DNA of 64,000 nucleotides, taken from Anaerolineales bacterium. Lineage in GTDB: Bacteria > Chloroflexota > Anaerolineae > Anaerolineales > UBA6668. The position numbers were made by a program, and so were the translations under genes. Shown one piece after another: positions 35,414 to 43,535 of the stretch; the stretch's first letter is position 1, and each line of letters begins with the position of its first letter. The stretch covers positions 5,887 to 69,886 of the forward strand of contig JAHDIM010000001.1 in NCBI GenBank assembly GCA_020630805.1, in the 5' to 3' direction. The notes under the pieces were generated by a model that had not been told where the DNA came from, did not search any database, and saw nothing but the letters and a program-made list of their open reading frames with translations.

Positions 35414-35440
35414 TGACCCCACATTTTCGAAAACGTTACA
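35414..35440 (-). promoter_or_regulatory. Weak candidate ECF-type promoter (TGTAAC - 17 nt - GTCA)
   Basis: Minus-strand TGTAAC at 35440-35435 and GTCA at 35417-35414, about 60-85 nt upstream of the operon start. This rests on a motif match only. Confidence 0.2.
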
Positions 35441-35554
35441 TCTGAACCTTAAAAGATTCAGATTGGTTTTGATATTTGTTACTAAAGCGACAAGTGTTCG
35501 GCAAAATCGCCGGTCGAATTCTACTTGTTGCTAAAGTAAGTGTAAATGGCTGCA

Positions 35555-35563
35555 TGGTAGAAT
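35555..35563 (+). promoter_or_regulatory. Extended -10 element TGgTAGAAT, 9 nt before the ATG at 35573
   Basis: Consensus TGnTAnnAT with no SD between it and the start. Confidence 0.5.
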
Positions 35564-35572
35564 TTTTTAACT

Positions 35573-36166
35573 ATGAAAATACTGCTTATTCGACATGGTG
35601 AAAACCAATATACCGCCACGGGAAAGCTAGCGGGACACCTACCTGTGGAGCTTAATGAAAAGGGGCATGCACAGGCTGCGCGGGTGGCAGACTATTTGAA
35701 AGAAGAGAAGTTCAAGGCGATCTATTCAAGTCCTTTGGTGCGGACTATGCAAACTGCAAAACCGCTGGCAGAGCAAAAAGGGCTAGAGGTTGTTGAGTGT
35801 CCCGAATTGATCGAAATTCGGTTTGGTGATTGGGAAGACCAATTGCTAAAAGACTTGCGCAAGGAAAAGCTGTGGAAAGCCGTGCAAAGCTATCCGTCTA
35901 CGGTTGTTTTTCCGAACGGCGAGTCGTTTAGAGCCGCCCAAGCCCGGGCGGTAGACAAAGTGGAAGCACTGGCCAGAGAGTATCCTGGCAAGAAAGACAC
36001 GATCGCTATTTTTGCGCACAGCGATATTATTAAACTTGTGATGGCGCACTATTTAGGGACGCCACTGGATCTTTTCCAGCGCATTGTAATTAGCACTGCC
36101 AGCATTTCAGTGCTGCACTTCATGAAGGGCGTGCCAATGGTGGGCGCAGTAAACCAAACCGTATGA
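35573..36166 (+). CDS. Histidine phosphatase (phosphoglycerate-mutase-like) family protein, MSMEG_4193-type context
   Basis: MKILLIRHGEN (RHG motif) and FAHSDIIK (second His). It is the first gene of the trio. Confidence 0.8.
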   Translation: MKILLIRHGENQYTATGKLAGHLPVELNEKGHAQAARVADYLKEEKFKAIYSSPLVRTMQTAKPLAEQKGLEVVECPELIEIRFGDWEDQLLKDLRKEKLWKAVQSYPSTVVFPNGESFRAAQARAVDKVEALAREYPGKKDTIAIFAHSDIIKLVMAHYLGTPLDLFQRIVISTASISVLHFMKGVPMVGAVNQTV

Positions 36167-36681
36167 GCGGCAACACAATAGAACTGAAACCAATCACACG
36201 CATTACCGCCAACTGTACCGGGCAGCCTGGTAATCGCACGTTTTATATCCAAGCGCGTCAGGACTTTCAACTAGTTACACTGTTGGTGGAGAAATTTCAG
36301 GTGCAGCAGCTTGCCACTGGAATTGCGCAGTTTGTACAGCAATTACAAGAACGTAATCCCGACCTTGAGCCAGCCACGAGTGATTATTACACCCCAAACA
36401 TGTTGCTAGAACCTCCAGTTGAAGCTATTTTTCGAGTAGGTCAAATTGGATTAGGGTATGACGAAGACATGGACCTAATCGTGCTGGTTGCACAAGAAAA
36501 TGAAGACGATCCCGACAACTCTCGGGTTGCACGGTTCTGGGGAACGCGGTCTCAAATGTTAGCCATGGGTGCTTATGGGGCTTGGGTTGCATCGCAAGGT
36601 CGGCCAATTTGCGGGAACTGCCTCAGTCCAATTGATGTGGATGGCCATTTTTGCCCACAACGCAACGGTCATCGGCACTAA
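36163..36681 (+). CDS. DUF3090-type protein
   Basis: 172 aa. The start overlaps the upstream stop (ATGA). The C-terminal Cys/His cluster CGNCLSPIDVDGHFCPQRNGH is characteristic of this family as I recall it. Confidence 0.65.
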   Translation: MSGNTIELKPITRITANCTGQPGNRTFYIQARQDFQLVTLLVEKFQVQQLATGIAQFVQQLQERNPDLEPATSDYYTPNMLLEPPVEAIFRVGQIGLGYDEDMDLIVLVAQENEDDPDNSRVARFWGTRSQMLAMGAYGAWVASQGRPICGNCLSPIDVDGHFCPQRNGHRH

Positions 36682-36693
36682 CCGTCAATATTA

Positions 36694-37443
36694 ATGTCTG
36701 AAGAAGACAATAACGCTGAAAAAAGCGTTTCCATTACGCCCCAAGAAATTATTCAAATTTTGACCGAAGGGACATTAGACCTCGAAGGGTTAATGCCTTA
36801 CGGGTCAAACTACACCTTCTTAGCGTATGTCAATACAGATACGCATAAAATTCCGGCAATCTACAAGCCGGTTCGCGGTGAACAACCATTGTGGGACTTC
36901 CCTTCTGGGACGCTAGCCTTCCGCGAAGTCTGCGCTTACCATCTTAGTGAGGCCTTGGGTTGGAATTTTGTGCCACCAACGATTTACCGTGATGGCCCGC
37001 ATGGGCATGGGTCAGTCCAGTTCTACATTCATAACGATCCTGAAGTGCATTACTTTACCCTGAGTGATGCTGAAAAAGACTCGTTGCGTCCTGCTGCATT
37101 ATTCGATTTCATTGCAAACAATGCCGATCGGAAGGGCGGTCATGTAATTAAGGCAGATGACTCTAGGTTCTGGCTTATTGATCACGGGCTGTGCTTCCAT
37201 GCAGATTACAAGCTGCGTTCAGTCATCTGGGAGTTTGCGGAACAGCCAATTGCGGACGAACTGTTGGCGGCAATTACAGCGTTTCGAAATGCGCTGGACA
37301 CCCCAGAACTCCAAGCTACATTTGTTCCACTTCTTCAGGAAGATGAGTTCAAGGCCATGTTGGAGCGCACAGAGTTCCTCATTGAGACCAAACAATATCC
37401 AGCGCCAGGTCCGGGCCGGCATTACCCGTGGCCGCCGGTCTAA
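36694..37443 (+). CDS. SCO1664-type protein with PI3/PI4-kinase-like catalytic motifs
   Basis: 249 aa. NNADRKGGHV and LIDHGLCF resemble the DRHxxN / IDFG loops of lipid and protein kinases. Confidence 0.65.
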   Translation: MSEEDNNAEKSVSITPQEIIQILTEGTLDLEGLMPYGSNYTFLAYVNTDTHKIPAIYKPVRGEQPLWDFPSGTLAFREVCAYHLSEALGWNFVPPTIYRDGPHGHGSVQFYIHNDPEVHYFTLSDAEKDSLRPAALFDFIANNADRKGGHVIKADDSRFWLIDHGLCFHADYKLRSVIWEFAEQPIADELLAAITAFRNALDTPELQATFVPLLQEDEFKAMLERTEFLIETKQYPAPGPGRHYPWPPV

Positions 37444-37701
37444 CTCACAATCCACAATAATCACGCCTAATGTTAAGCGTTAGGTCATCCCGCATTAAGC
37501 TTTCGAAAGCGCCTCATCGTTATACTAATTGCATCCACACCCTGAATTCCAGTACCCTGTGAGTTGGAATTCGGCGAATATCGCGCCAATTTAGATCAAA
37601 TATGAAGAGCAAATAAGCAAATGTAAGAAATATACATTTGGGACGCTCCGAAGCTACGTAAACATTTACAACAAATATCACAGCAATTGAAAGGTGAAAA
37701 G

Positions 37702-38676
37702 ATGAGCCAGAAAATCCGATCTTCAGAAATTACACCAGAGCACGTGTACTTGAGCCGCCGCCAATTCATGAAAACGGCAGGCATACTTTCGTTAGGTGGC
37801 GTTGTGGCTGCCGCTTGTGGGACGTCTCCAAGTGCTGAAACTGCCACCTCAGATGCTGCGGTTGAAAGCGCTGGTGGAGACGCCAGTGGCGCTGCTGCAG
37901 ATGCCATTGTTGACGAACTTGGTCGTGCCGCCAACACATTCGAAGAAATTACGAATTACAACAACTATTACGAATTTACGACCGACAAAGAAGACGTTGC
38001 CCAAATGGCAGCAAACTATGTCACCTCACCTTGGCAAGTTGAAATTGCGGGGCATGTCAACAATCCCGGCGTGTATGGCATGGAAGATCTACTGACACAA
38101 TTTGACCAAGAAGAACGCATTTACCGCTTGCGTTGTGTTGAAGCATGGTCAATGGTTATTCCTTGGAGCGGCTTCCCATTGCGTAAGTTGTTGGAAAAAG
38201 CAGATCCAACCTCAAAAGCAAAGTATGTGCGCTTTGAAACCGTGTTTGATCCAGACAACATGCCGGGATTACGCTCACCGTTCTACACCTGGCCATATCA
38301 AGAAGGGCTGCGGATTGATGAAGCAATGCACGACTTGACCTTGATGGCAACTGGCATCTATGGCAAAGAATTGTTGCCACAAAATGGTGCGCCAATTCGC
38401 TTGGTTGTGCCTTGGAAGTATGGCTTCAAGAGCATCAAGTCTATTGTCAAGATTGAATTGACCGAAGAACAACCTTCAACGCTTTGGATGGATGCCGCAC
38501 CAAACGAATATGGTTTTTATGCCAACGTAAATCCTGACGTGGACCATCCACGTTGGTCTCAAGCATCAGAACGCCCAATTGGCCAGTTCTCGCGGATTCC
38601 AACGTTGAAGTTCAACGGCTATGAAGAAGAAGTTGCCGGTCTTTATACGGGCATGGACCTTAGTGTCAACTTCTAG
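37702..38676 (+). CDS. msrP: Protein-methionine-sulfoxide reductase catalytic subunit MsrP (YedY-type molybdoenzyme)
   Basis: Tat signal [40 protein letters not shown] and [13 protein letters not shown]. An AAGGTGA SD lies before the ATG at 37702. Confidence 0.9.
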   Translation: MSQKIRSSEITPEHVYLSRRQFMKTAGILSLGGVVAAACGTSPSAETATSDAAVESAGGDASGAAADAIVDELGRAANTFEEITNYNNYYEFTTDKEDVAQMAANYVTSPWQVEIAGHVNNPGVYGMEDLLTQFDQEERIYRLRCVEAWSMVIPWSGFPLRKLLEKADPTSKAKYVRFETVFDPDNMPGLRSPFYTWPYQEGLRIDEAMHDLTLMATGIYGKELLPQNGAPIRLVVPWKYGFKSIKSIVKIELTEEQPSTLWMDAAPNEYGFYANVNPDVDHPRWSQASERPIGQFSRIPTLKFNGYEEEVAGLYTGMDLSVNF

Positions 38677-38707
38677 ATCAGTAATTTGTAACTAAGCGAG
38701 GCTTGCG

Positions 38708-39349
38708 ATGACTCTTCCAAAAAACTGGCTCAACTGGGCAGTCCACTTAGGCGCACTCTATGTCGCGTTCTTGCTCTGGCAAGACTGGGACACTGTGAAC
38801 CCAATTCAAGCAATGACGCTGACGACAGGGAACGCAGCACTTATTTTCTTAGTGTTGTCTCTTGTGGTTACGCCCTTGCAGTCCATGTTCCGTTTCCGCA
38901 AACTGCGTGTGGTTCTGACTCGGAAACCACTTGGCCTTTGGGGATTTGCCTTTGTGACGGCGCACCTGTTGATTTTTATCGGCTTAGAGTATGGTCTGTT
39001 CTTGGGAAGCTCGCTAAGCGACTCTTTGAATTTCATCTGGCTAGATCTTTCAAGTAAGCGCTATATCATTGTGGGCTTCATTAGCTTCTTGTTGATGGTG
39101 CCTTTGGCAATTACGAGCACGAAAGGGTGGCAAAAGCGCCTGAAGAAAAATTGGCGTAAACTACATCAGTTGGTTTACATCGCAATTCCGTTAGGGGTTG
39201 TACACTACTACTGGCTTGTCAAAGCTGATGTGACCGAGCCACTACTGTGGGGCGCTGCAGTTGCCTTGTTGTTGATTGCACGGATCCCACAAGTCAAGAA
39301 GCAGTTGAATGTGCCAGTCAAGTGGGCCCAAGCGCGCATGGCAGCCTAA
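38708..39349 (+). CDS. msrQ: MsrQ (YedZ-type heme-binding membrane subunit)
   Basis: 213 aa with six TM segments. Conserved His residues lie in TM helices (FVTAHLLIF, LGVVHYYW). It is downstream of msrP. Confidence 0.85.
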   Translation: MTLPKNWLNWAVHLGALYVAFLLWQDWDTVNPIQAMTLTTGNAALIFLVLSLVVTPLQSMFRFRKLRVVLTRKPLGLWGFAFVTAHLLIFIGLEYGLFLGSSLSDSLNFIWLDLSSKRYIIVGFISFLLMVPLAITSTKGWQKRLKKNWRKLHQLVYIAIPLGVVHYYWLVKADVTEPLLWGAAVALLLIARIPQVKKQLNVPVKWAQARMAA

Positions 39350-39368
39350 TTCAACATTGCAGAATTAC

Positions 39369-39407
39369 AAAAAAAAAGCGCTCTGAGATTTTCAGAGCGC
39401 TTTTTTT
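39369..39407. terminator. Bidirectional intrinsic terminator
   Basis: A-run, then AGCGCTCTGA-gattt-TCAGAGCGCT, then seven T, between convergent genes. Confidence 0.88.
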
Positions 39408-39408
39408 A

Positions 39409-40380
39409 TTACCGACAAGTTTGCATCATTTGCTGCCAGAGAGTTTGAAACTGTGCTGTTGGAAAGTCAACCGTACTGTCCCCTTCAGAAGCACTCGTGT
39501 ACGTCTTGATGGAGAATGGAATATTGGCGGCGTCATCAAAGCTCCAAGTAAAAGTTTCTGCTTGCTTGATGACAGTGCCTTCATAATCTGTCGGCTGCCC
39601 GTCTTGATCATAAACAAGATTGAGGGTGTTGCCATCTGCCAGCGTGCGGTTTGCAAACCGCTGATCTCCTAGATAGAGTTCAACACCTTCGAACGTCCAA
39701 ATATACTTGCCATCGTCTGGTTCAGCGTTGGTGGCCCGTACTAACATGCCTCCTTCTGGTCCAAACTGCCTTTCTACGGTGAGTACGTCTAGATTTGGCA
39801 CCAAACCACGCACGTCCTCAAACGGGTCTGACATATGTTGGGCGCGTAGATCACCAGCCGGATTTCTAACTTCCCACATATTCATAGCGGGATCAAGAAT
39901 GAGCGTATGCCCCGGTTCATAAAATTCAGGGAGCGTGAACTCCGCAGGCAGTGGGGCGTTATGGATAATCATGACTTGGCGAACACCACCAGGAAAGGTA
40001 ACGGGCGCTTTGAAGCTAATCGGGCCGCCGCGAGTCTCTAAAATTTGCACTTCTTCCGTTTGACGCCACACCAGTTCATACATCACCATTTCCAAAATGC
40101 CATTTTCGACGGTCAGTGGGCTTAGACAAGGAAAGGTACGTGGCACGGCTGTGGGTGTGGTCACAATTTGCGCTGCAGCCGTGGGGTCTATCCATTTTGT
40201 ACCAAAGGGTGTTGGTAATTCTTGCGGAACATTGTTTTCCTCTTCTTCCACGACAACCGCTGTCGCTTCTGCTTCTGGGTTGATAAAAGGAATATTTTCC
40301 GGAATATACGGTTCAATAGCGCTGCAGCCAACGGCTGCCATACTAAGCAAAACGATTACGAGACGATTGAATACTTTCAT
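39409..40380 (-). CDS. Hypothetical lipoprotein
   Basis: 323 aa. Lipobox LLSMAAVGC. No recognisable catalytic motif. Confidence 0.6.
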   Translation of the reverse strand: MKVFNRLVIVLLSMAAVGCSAIEPYIPENIPFINPEAEATAVVVEEEENNVPQELPTPFGTKWIDPTAAAQIVTTPTAVPRTFPCLSPLTVENGILEMVMYELVWRQTEEVQILETRGGPISFKAPVTFPGGVRQVMIIHNAPLPAEFTLPEFYEPGHTLILDPAMNMWEVRNPAGDLRAQHMSDPFEDVRGLVPNLDVLTVERQFGPEGGMLVRATNAEPDDGKYIWTFEGVELYLGDQRFANRTLADGNTLNLVYDQDGQPTDYEGTVIKQAETFTWSFDDAANIPFSIKTYTSASEGDSTVDFPTAQFQTLWQQMMQTCR

Positions 40381-40424
40381 AACAAGTTGGACAGAATTTT
40401 ACCGTTAGTCGTGCCAAACGCGAT

Positions 40425-40430
40425 TAGAAT
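40425..40430 (+). promoter_or_regulatory. -10-like TAGAAT, 6 nt before the GTG at 40437
   Basis: cgatTAGAATcggtgcGTG, the same geometry as at several other genes in the window. Confidence 0.35.
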
Positions 40431-40436
40431 CGGTGC

Positions 40437-41549
40437 GTGCAAGTAAGGTTTAGGCATGTAATCGTTATGATCGTGGTGTTGGCGTATAGCTGGCCATTGA
40501 CAGATAAGCTTGTGGCGCTCGGGCCACCGCAGATTGTGGCAACGCAACATTCAAATGTCTGTTTCCACACGCGTCTGACAGATGAAGTGGAGACGGTCAA
40601 AATTCAGCAAACGCTAGCGTTGGTGCGCGAAGCGGGTGCAACAGCCATTGTTGAATATTTTCCATGGGCATATGTCGAGGGGCAACCAGGGCAATATAAC
40701 TGGTATCACCCGGATCGCATTATTGACATTGCCACACAAAACGGCATTGAAGTGATTGCGCGAATTGGCGTTGTGCCAACTTGGGCAAGGTATGCACCGC
40801 ACGAAACGATTCCAGACGACGGTATCGACCGTACTGACACCTATTTGCCGCCAGAACGCTATGCCGATTATGCCGATTATATTGCCGCATTTACCGAGCG
40901 GTATGAAGGCAAAATCAACTATGTCATTCTTTGGAATGAACCGAACCTCGCGCTCGAATGGGGATTTCGCCAAGTTGATCCAGAAGAACATGTCAATATG
41001 TTGCAGCAAGCCTACTTAGGGGCGAAGCGGGGTAATCCAGCGGTGCAAGTGTTAGGAGGGGCGGTTGCTCCAACGCTGGAGCCAGTTGGCTCACCCAATG
41101 GGATGCACGACCTAACGTTTCTAGAGCGAATGTATGCCGCCGGTTTGGCAGACACATACGACATTTTGTCTATCCACTCGTATGGCTTAGGGCATCCACA
41201 CGACGAAGCGCCGGCAGCAGAACGGCTGAATTATCGACGGGCTGAGCTTGTGCGGGACCTAATGGTGCGCAATGGGGATGCGCACAAACGTACCGCTATT
41301 ACCGAGTCAGGCTGGAACGATTCGCCTTATTGGTTGCATGCAACAAACCCGGCAGATCGGATTTCGCAAACGATTGGCTCTTATCAATATGCGGAACAGA
41401 ATTGGGCTTGGAACACTTGGGTTTGCACGTGGGCCTTTCGCTATCCGCAACGCTATTACAGCTACTTTGACCAATATGCATTTGTGGCACCAGACTTTGA
41501 GCCACTGCCAATCTACAGTGCTGTCCAAGATTACACTCAGCAACGATGA
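40437..41549 (+). CDS. Clan GH-A glycoside hydrolase (GH5/GH39-like)
   Basis: VILWNEPNL (acid/base Glu context) and AITESGWN (nucleophile Glu context). The start is uncertain (GTG 40437 or ATG 40467). Confidence 0.65.
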   Translation: MQVRFRHVIVMIVVLAYSWPLTDKLVALGPPQIVATQHSNVCFHTRLTDEVETVKIQQTLALVREAGATAIVEYFPWAYVEGQPGQYNWYHPDRIIDIATQNGIEVIARIGVVPTWARYAPHETIPDDGIDRTDTYLPPERYADYADYIAAFTERYEGKINYVILWNEPNLALEWGFRQVDPEEHVNMLQQAYLGAKRGNPAVQVLGGAVAPTLEPVGSPNGMHDLTFLERMYAAGLADTYDILSIHSYGLGHPHDEAPAAERLNYRRAELVRDLMVRNGDAHKRTAITESGWNDSPYWLHATNPADRISQTIGSYQYAEQNWAWNTWVCTWAFRYPQRYYSYFDQYAFVAPDFEPLPIYSAVQDYTQQR

Positions 41550-42346
41550 ATAAAGCTATTCTGGCAGCCGTCTTGATGGCAATTGCCACAGGGCTGATTC
41601 TGTTGAACTATCCGCAAGCTGAAGACGAAATTTGGCGCGATATTCAGCAACGCGGAACGCTAGTGTTTGCCGTAGATGCGACATTTCCGCCGTTTTCTGC
41701 TTTAGACGGCAATGGAAACTACGGTGGCTTTGATGTCGAGTTTGCGCGACTACTCGCAGCCGAAATGAACTTAGCCCCACACTTTCGCTTGGTTAGCTTT
41801 GACAGCCTGTTAGGCTCAACCGTAGTCCGTCAAGCGGATATCGCGGTTTCAGCCTTAGTTCCTCAGCCAGCGCGCACTGAAGATGTGTTTTTCTCCACAC
41901 CGTATTTCAATGCGGGTACACGTCTAGTTTCGCCAAATACGGTAATTGAACGTCCGATTGTTGAGTGGGTTGAAGGAAAAACAATAGTGGTTGAGCTAGG
42001 TTCTCAAGGTGATGTTTTAGTGCGCCGTTGGGAGCAAACAATGCCAGCGTTGGATGTAATTCGTGTAACGAGTAACGCGGAAGTTGAGGCTGCCCTAAAT
42101 GCGGAAACAGCGGATGTCGGCTTGGCCGATGTCGTTGCTGCATTCGCGATGACTGAATCGAATTTGGATTGGGACGGAACGCATGTGGAAACGGTCCCAT
42201 ATGTGATGGCAAGTTCTAGACAAGCACCAGTGCTGCATCAGGAAATTGAAGCTGCCATTATGCGCTTAGAAGAAAGTGGAAAGTTGCCTGCCTTACGGGC
42301 GAAGTGGTTTGGGTTAGAAGCCAGCACGCTTAGCTTCGCACCGTAG
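41546..42346 (+). CDS. Family 3 solute-binding protein (amino-acid-type)
   Basis: 266 aa. TLVFAVDATFPPFSALDGNGNYGGFDVEFARLLAAEM. It overlaps the upstream stop by 4 nt. Confidence 0.75.
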   Translation: MNKAILAAVLMAIATGLILLNYPQAEDEIWRDIQQRGTLVFAVDATFPPFSALDGNGNYGGFDVEFARLLAAEMNLAPHFRLVSFDSLLGSTVVRQADIAVSALVPQPARTEDVFFSTPYFNAGTRLVSPNTVIERPIVEWVEGKTIVVELGSQGDVLVRRWEQTMPALDVIRVTSNAEVEAALNAETADVGLADVVAAFAMTESNLDWDGTHVETVPYVMASSRQAPVLHQEIEAAIMRLEESGKLPALRAKWFGLEASTLSFAP

Positions 42347-42347
42347 A

Positions 42348-43526
42348 TTACCAATCTTCTTCGGGTTGCAAAATTACAAATGCAACCTGTCCGGCGGAGA
42401 GGCCAACTTCAGCTTTCACCGGTTGTCGATCCACCGTAGTTTCTACCGTACAGTTCCCCGCAGGCAAGTCGCTGATGACAAAATTTTCAACCAGAACGTC
42501 GTCTGCAGGCGTGCCCTGATCCCAATATGTCGCGACTCTGCGTTTGATCTTATCGCCGCACGTCACGAAGACATCGTTGGCCGACACAAAGCTGCCGTTT
42601 TGATCAATCACGCGCCCAGCCAGCACGCCGTGCCCCCCAATAGGGCTGTACCACAGCTCAGGGTTGCGCACAGCCCAGTAGTTTTCAGGTGAGCCTAATC
42701 GCATTTCAAAGTGTAAGTGGGGTGAAGGTGCGACGCCTGTGCTGCCAACGCTGCCGACTGTTTGCCCAATGGCAACTTGGCTGCCAGTTTCCACGAAGAC
42801 TTCATGTAGATGGCCATAAAGCGCATAGATAGGCTGTCCACGCCAAGCATCATTCATTTGTAGTACGACTAAATTTCCGAAGAAATCTGTGCGAGGGCCA
42901 AACTGACGCTCTAGATCGTTGCCTGCAAAATAGACGGTGCCATTGCCAATGGACGCGACTGCCTGCCCCGTATTCCCCGCAATATCAACGCCATGATGTG
43001 GCGGCAGTACACCGCCAAACGTCATCCCAAACCGATACTGTGAGCTTGGGGCTGAGTTGCCGCTGGTAATCGGACGGCCAAACCATAAGTGCTGATCTAA
43101 ACTGACGCCTTCAGGTGGCTTGATGAGTGAACCTCGTGGGGCAGGTTCATAGATTGGCGCTGTGGTTGGCGTGAAGAAGACATAGGCTGCATCAACCACT
43201 TGGCGCTTTCCGAATCCCTCTAAGTTGCCAAGCTGTGATGCATCACGTAACTCTTCAGGGCTAAGTGTCGGTGTCGGTGAGGGCGTTGGTGTAAGGGTGG
43301 GTGTAAATGTTGGTGTTGGCGATGGTGTTAACGTAAATGTCGCCGTCGGCGTTGGGGTAAACGTTGGCGTTGGTGTTGGCGTATTTGTTTGGGTGGCCGT
43401 AAACGTGATTGCGGGCGTAGGCACCGCAGCAATCGGTTCTGGATTGGGCGTATTACAAGCGGCTAGGCACAGGAATGTACTGACGCAGACTATGCTGACG
43501 CGAATTGAAACGGGCAAATACGACAA
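42348..43526 (-). CDS. M23 family metallopeptidase with PT-rich linker and C-terminal beta-sandwich-like domain
   Basis: Lipobox LCLAAC, a (T/S)P linker, HHGVD and SPHLHFE. TTG start as in the track. Confidence 0.85.
   Translation of the reverse strand: MSYLPVSIRVSIVCVSTFLCLAACNTPNPEPIAAVPTPAITFTATQTNTPTPTPTFTPTPTATFTLTPSPTPTFTPTLTPTPSPTPTLSPEELRDASQLGNLEGFGKRQVVDAAYVFFTPTTAPIYEPAPRGSLIKPPEGVSLDQHLWFGRPITSGNSAPSSQYRFGMTFGGVLPPHHGVDIAGNTGQAVASIGNGTVYFAGNDLERQFGPRTDFFGNLVVLQMNDAWRGQPIYALYGHLHEVFVETGSQVAIGQTVGSVGSTGVAPSPHLHFEMRLGSPENYWAVRNPELWYSPIGGHGVLAGRVIDQNGSFVSANDVFVTCGDKIKRRVATYWDQGTPADDVLVENFVISDLPAGNCTVETTVDRQPVKAEVGLSAGQVAFVILQPEEDW
43260..43421 (-). repeat. Low-complexity GTTGG(C/T)G-type DNA encoding a Pro/Thr linker
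   Basis: Encodes PTPAITFTATQTNTPTPTPTFTPTPTATFTLTPSPTPTFTPTLTPTPSPTPTLS. Confidence 0.8.
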
Positions 43527-43535
43527 GAGACTATT

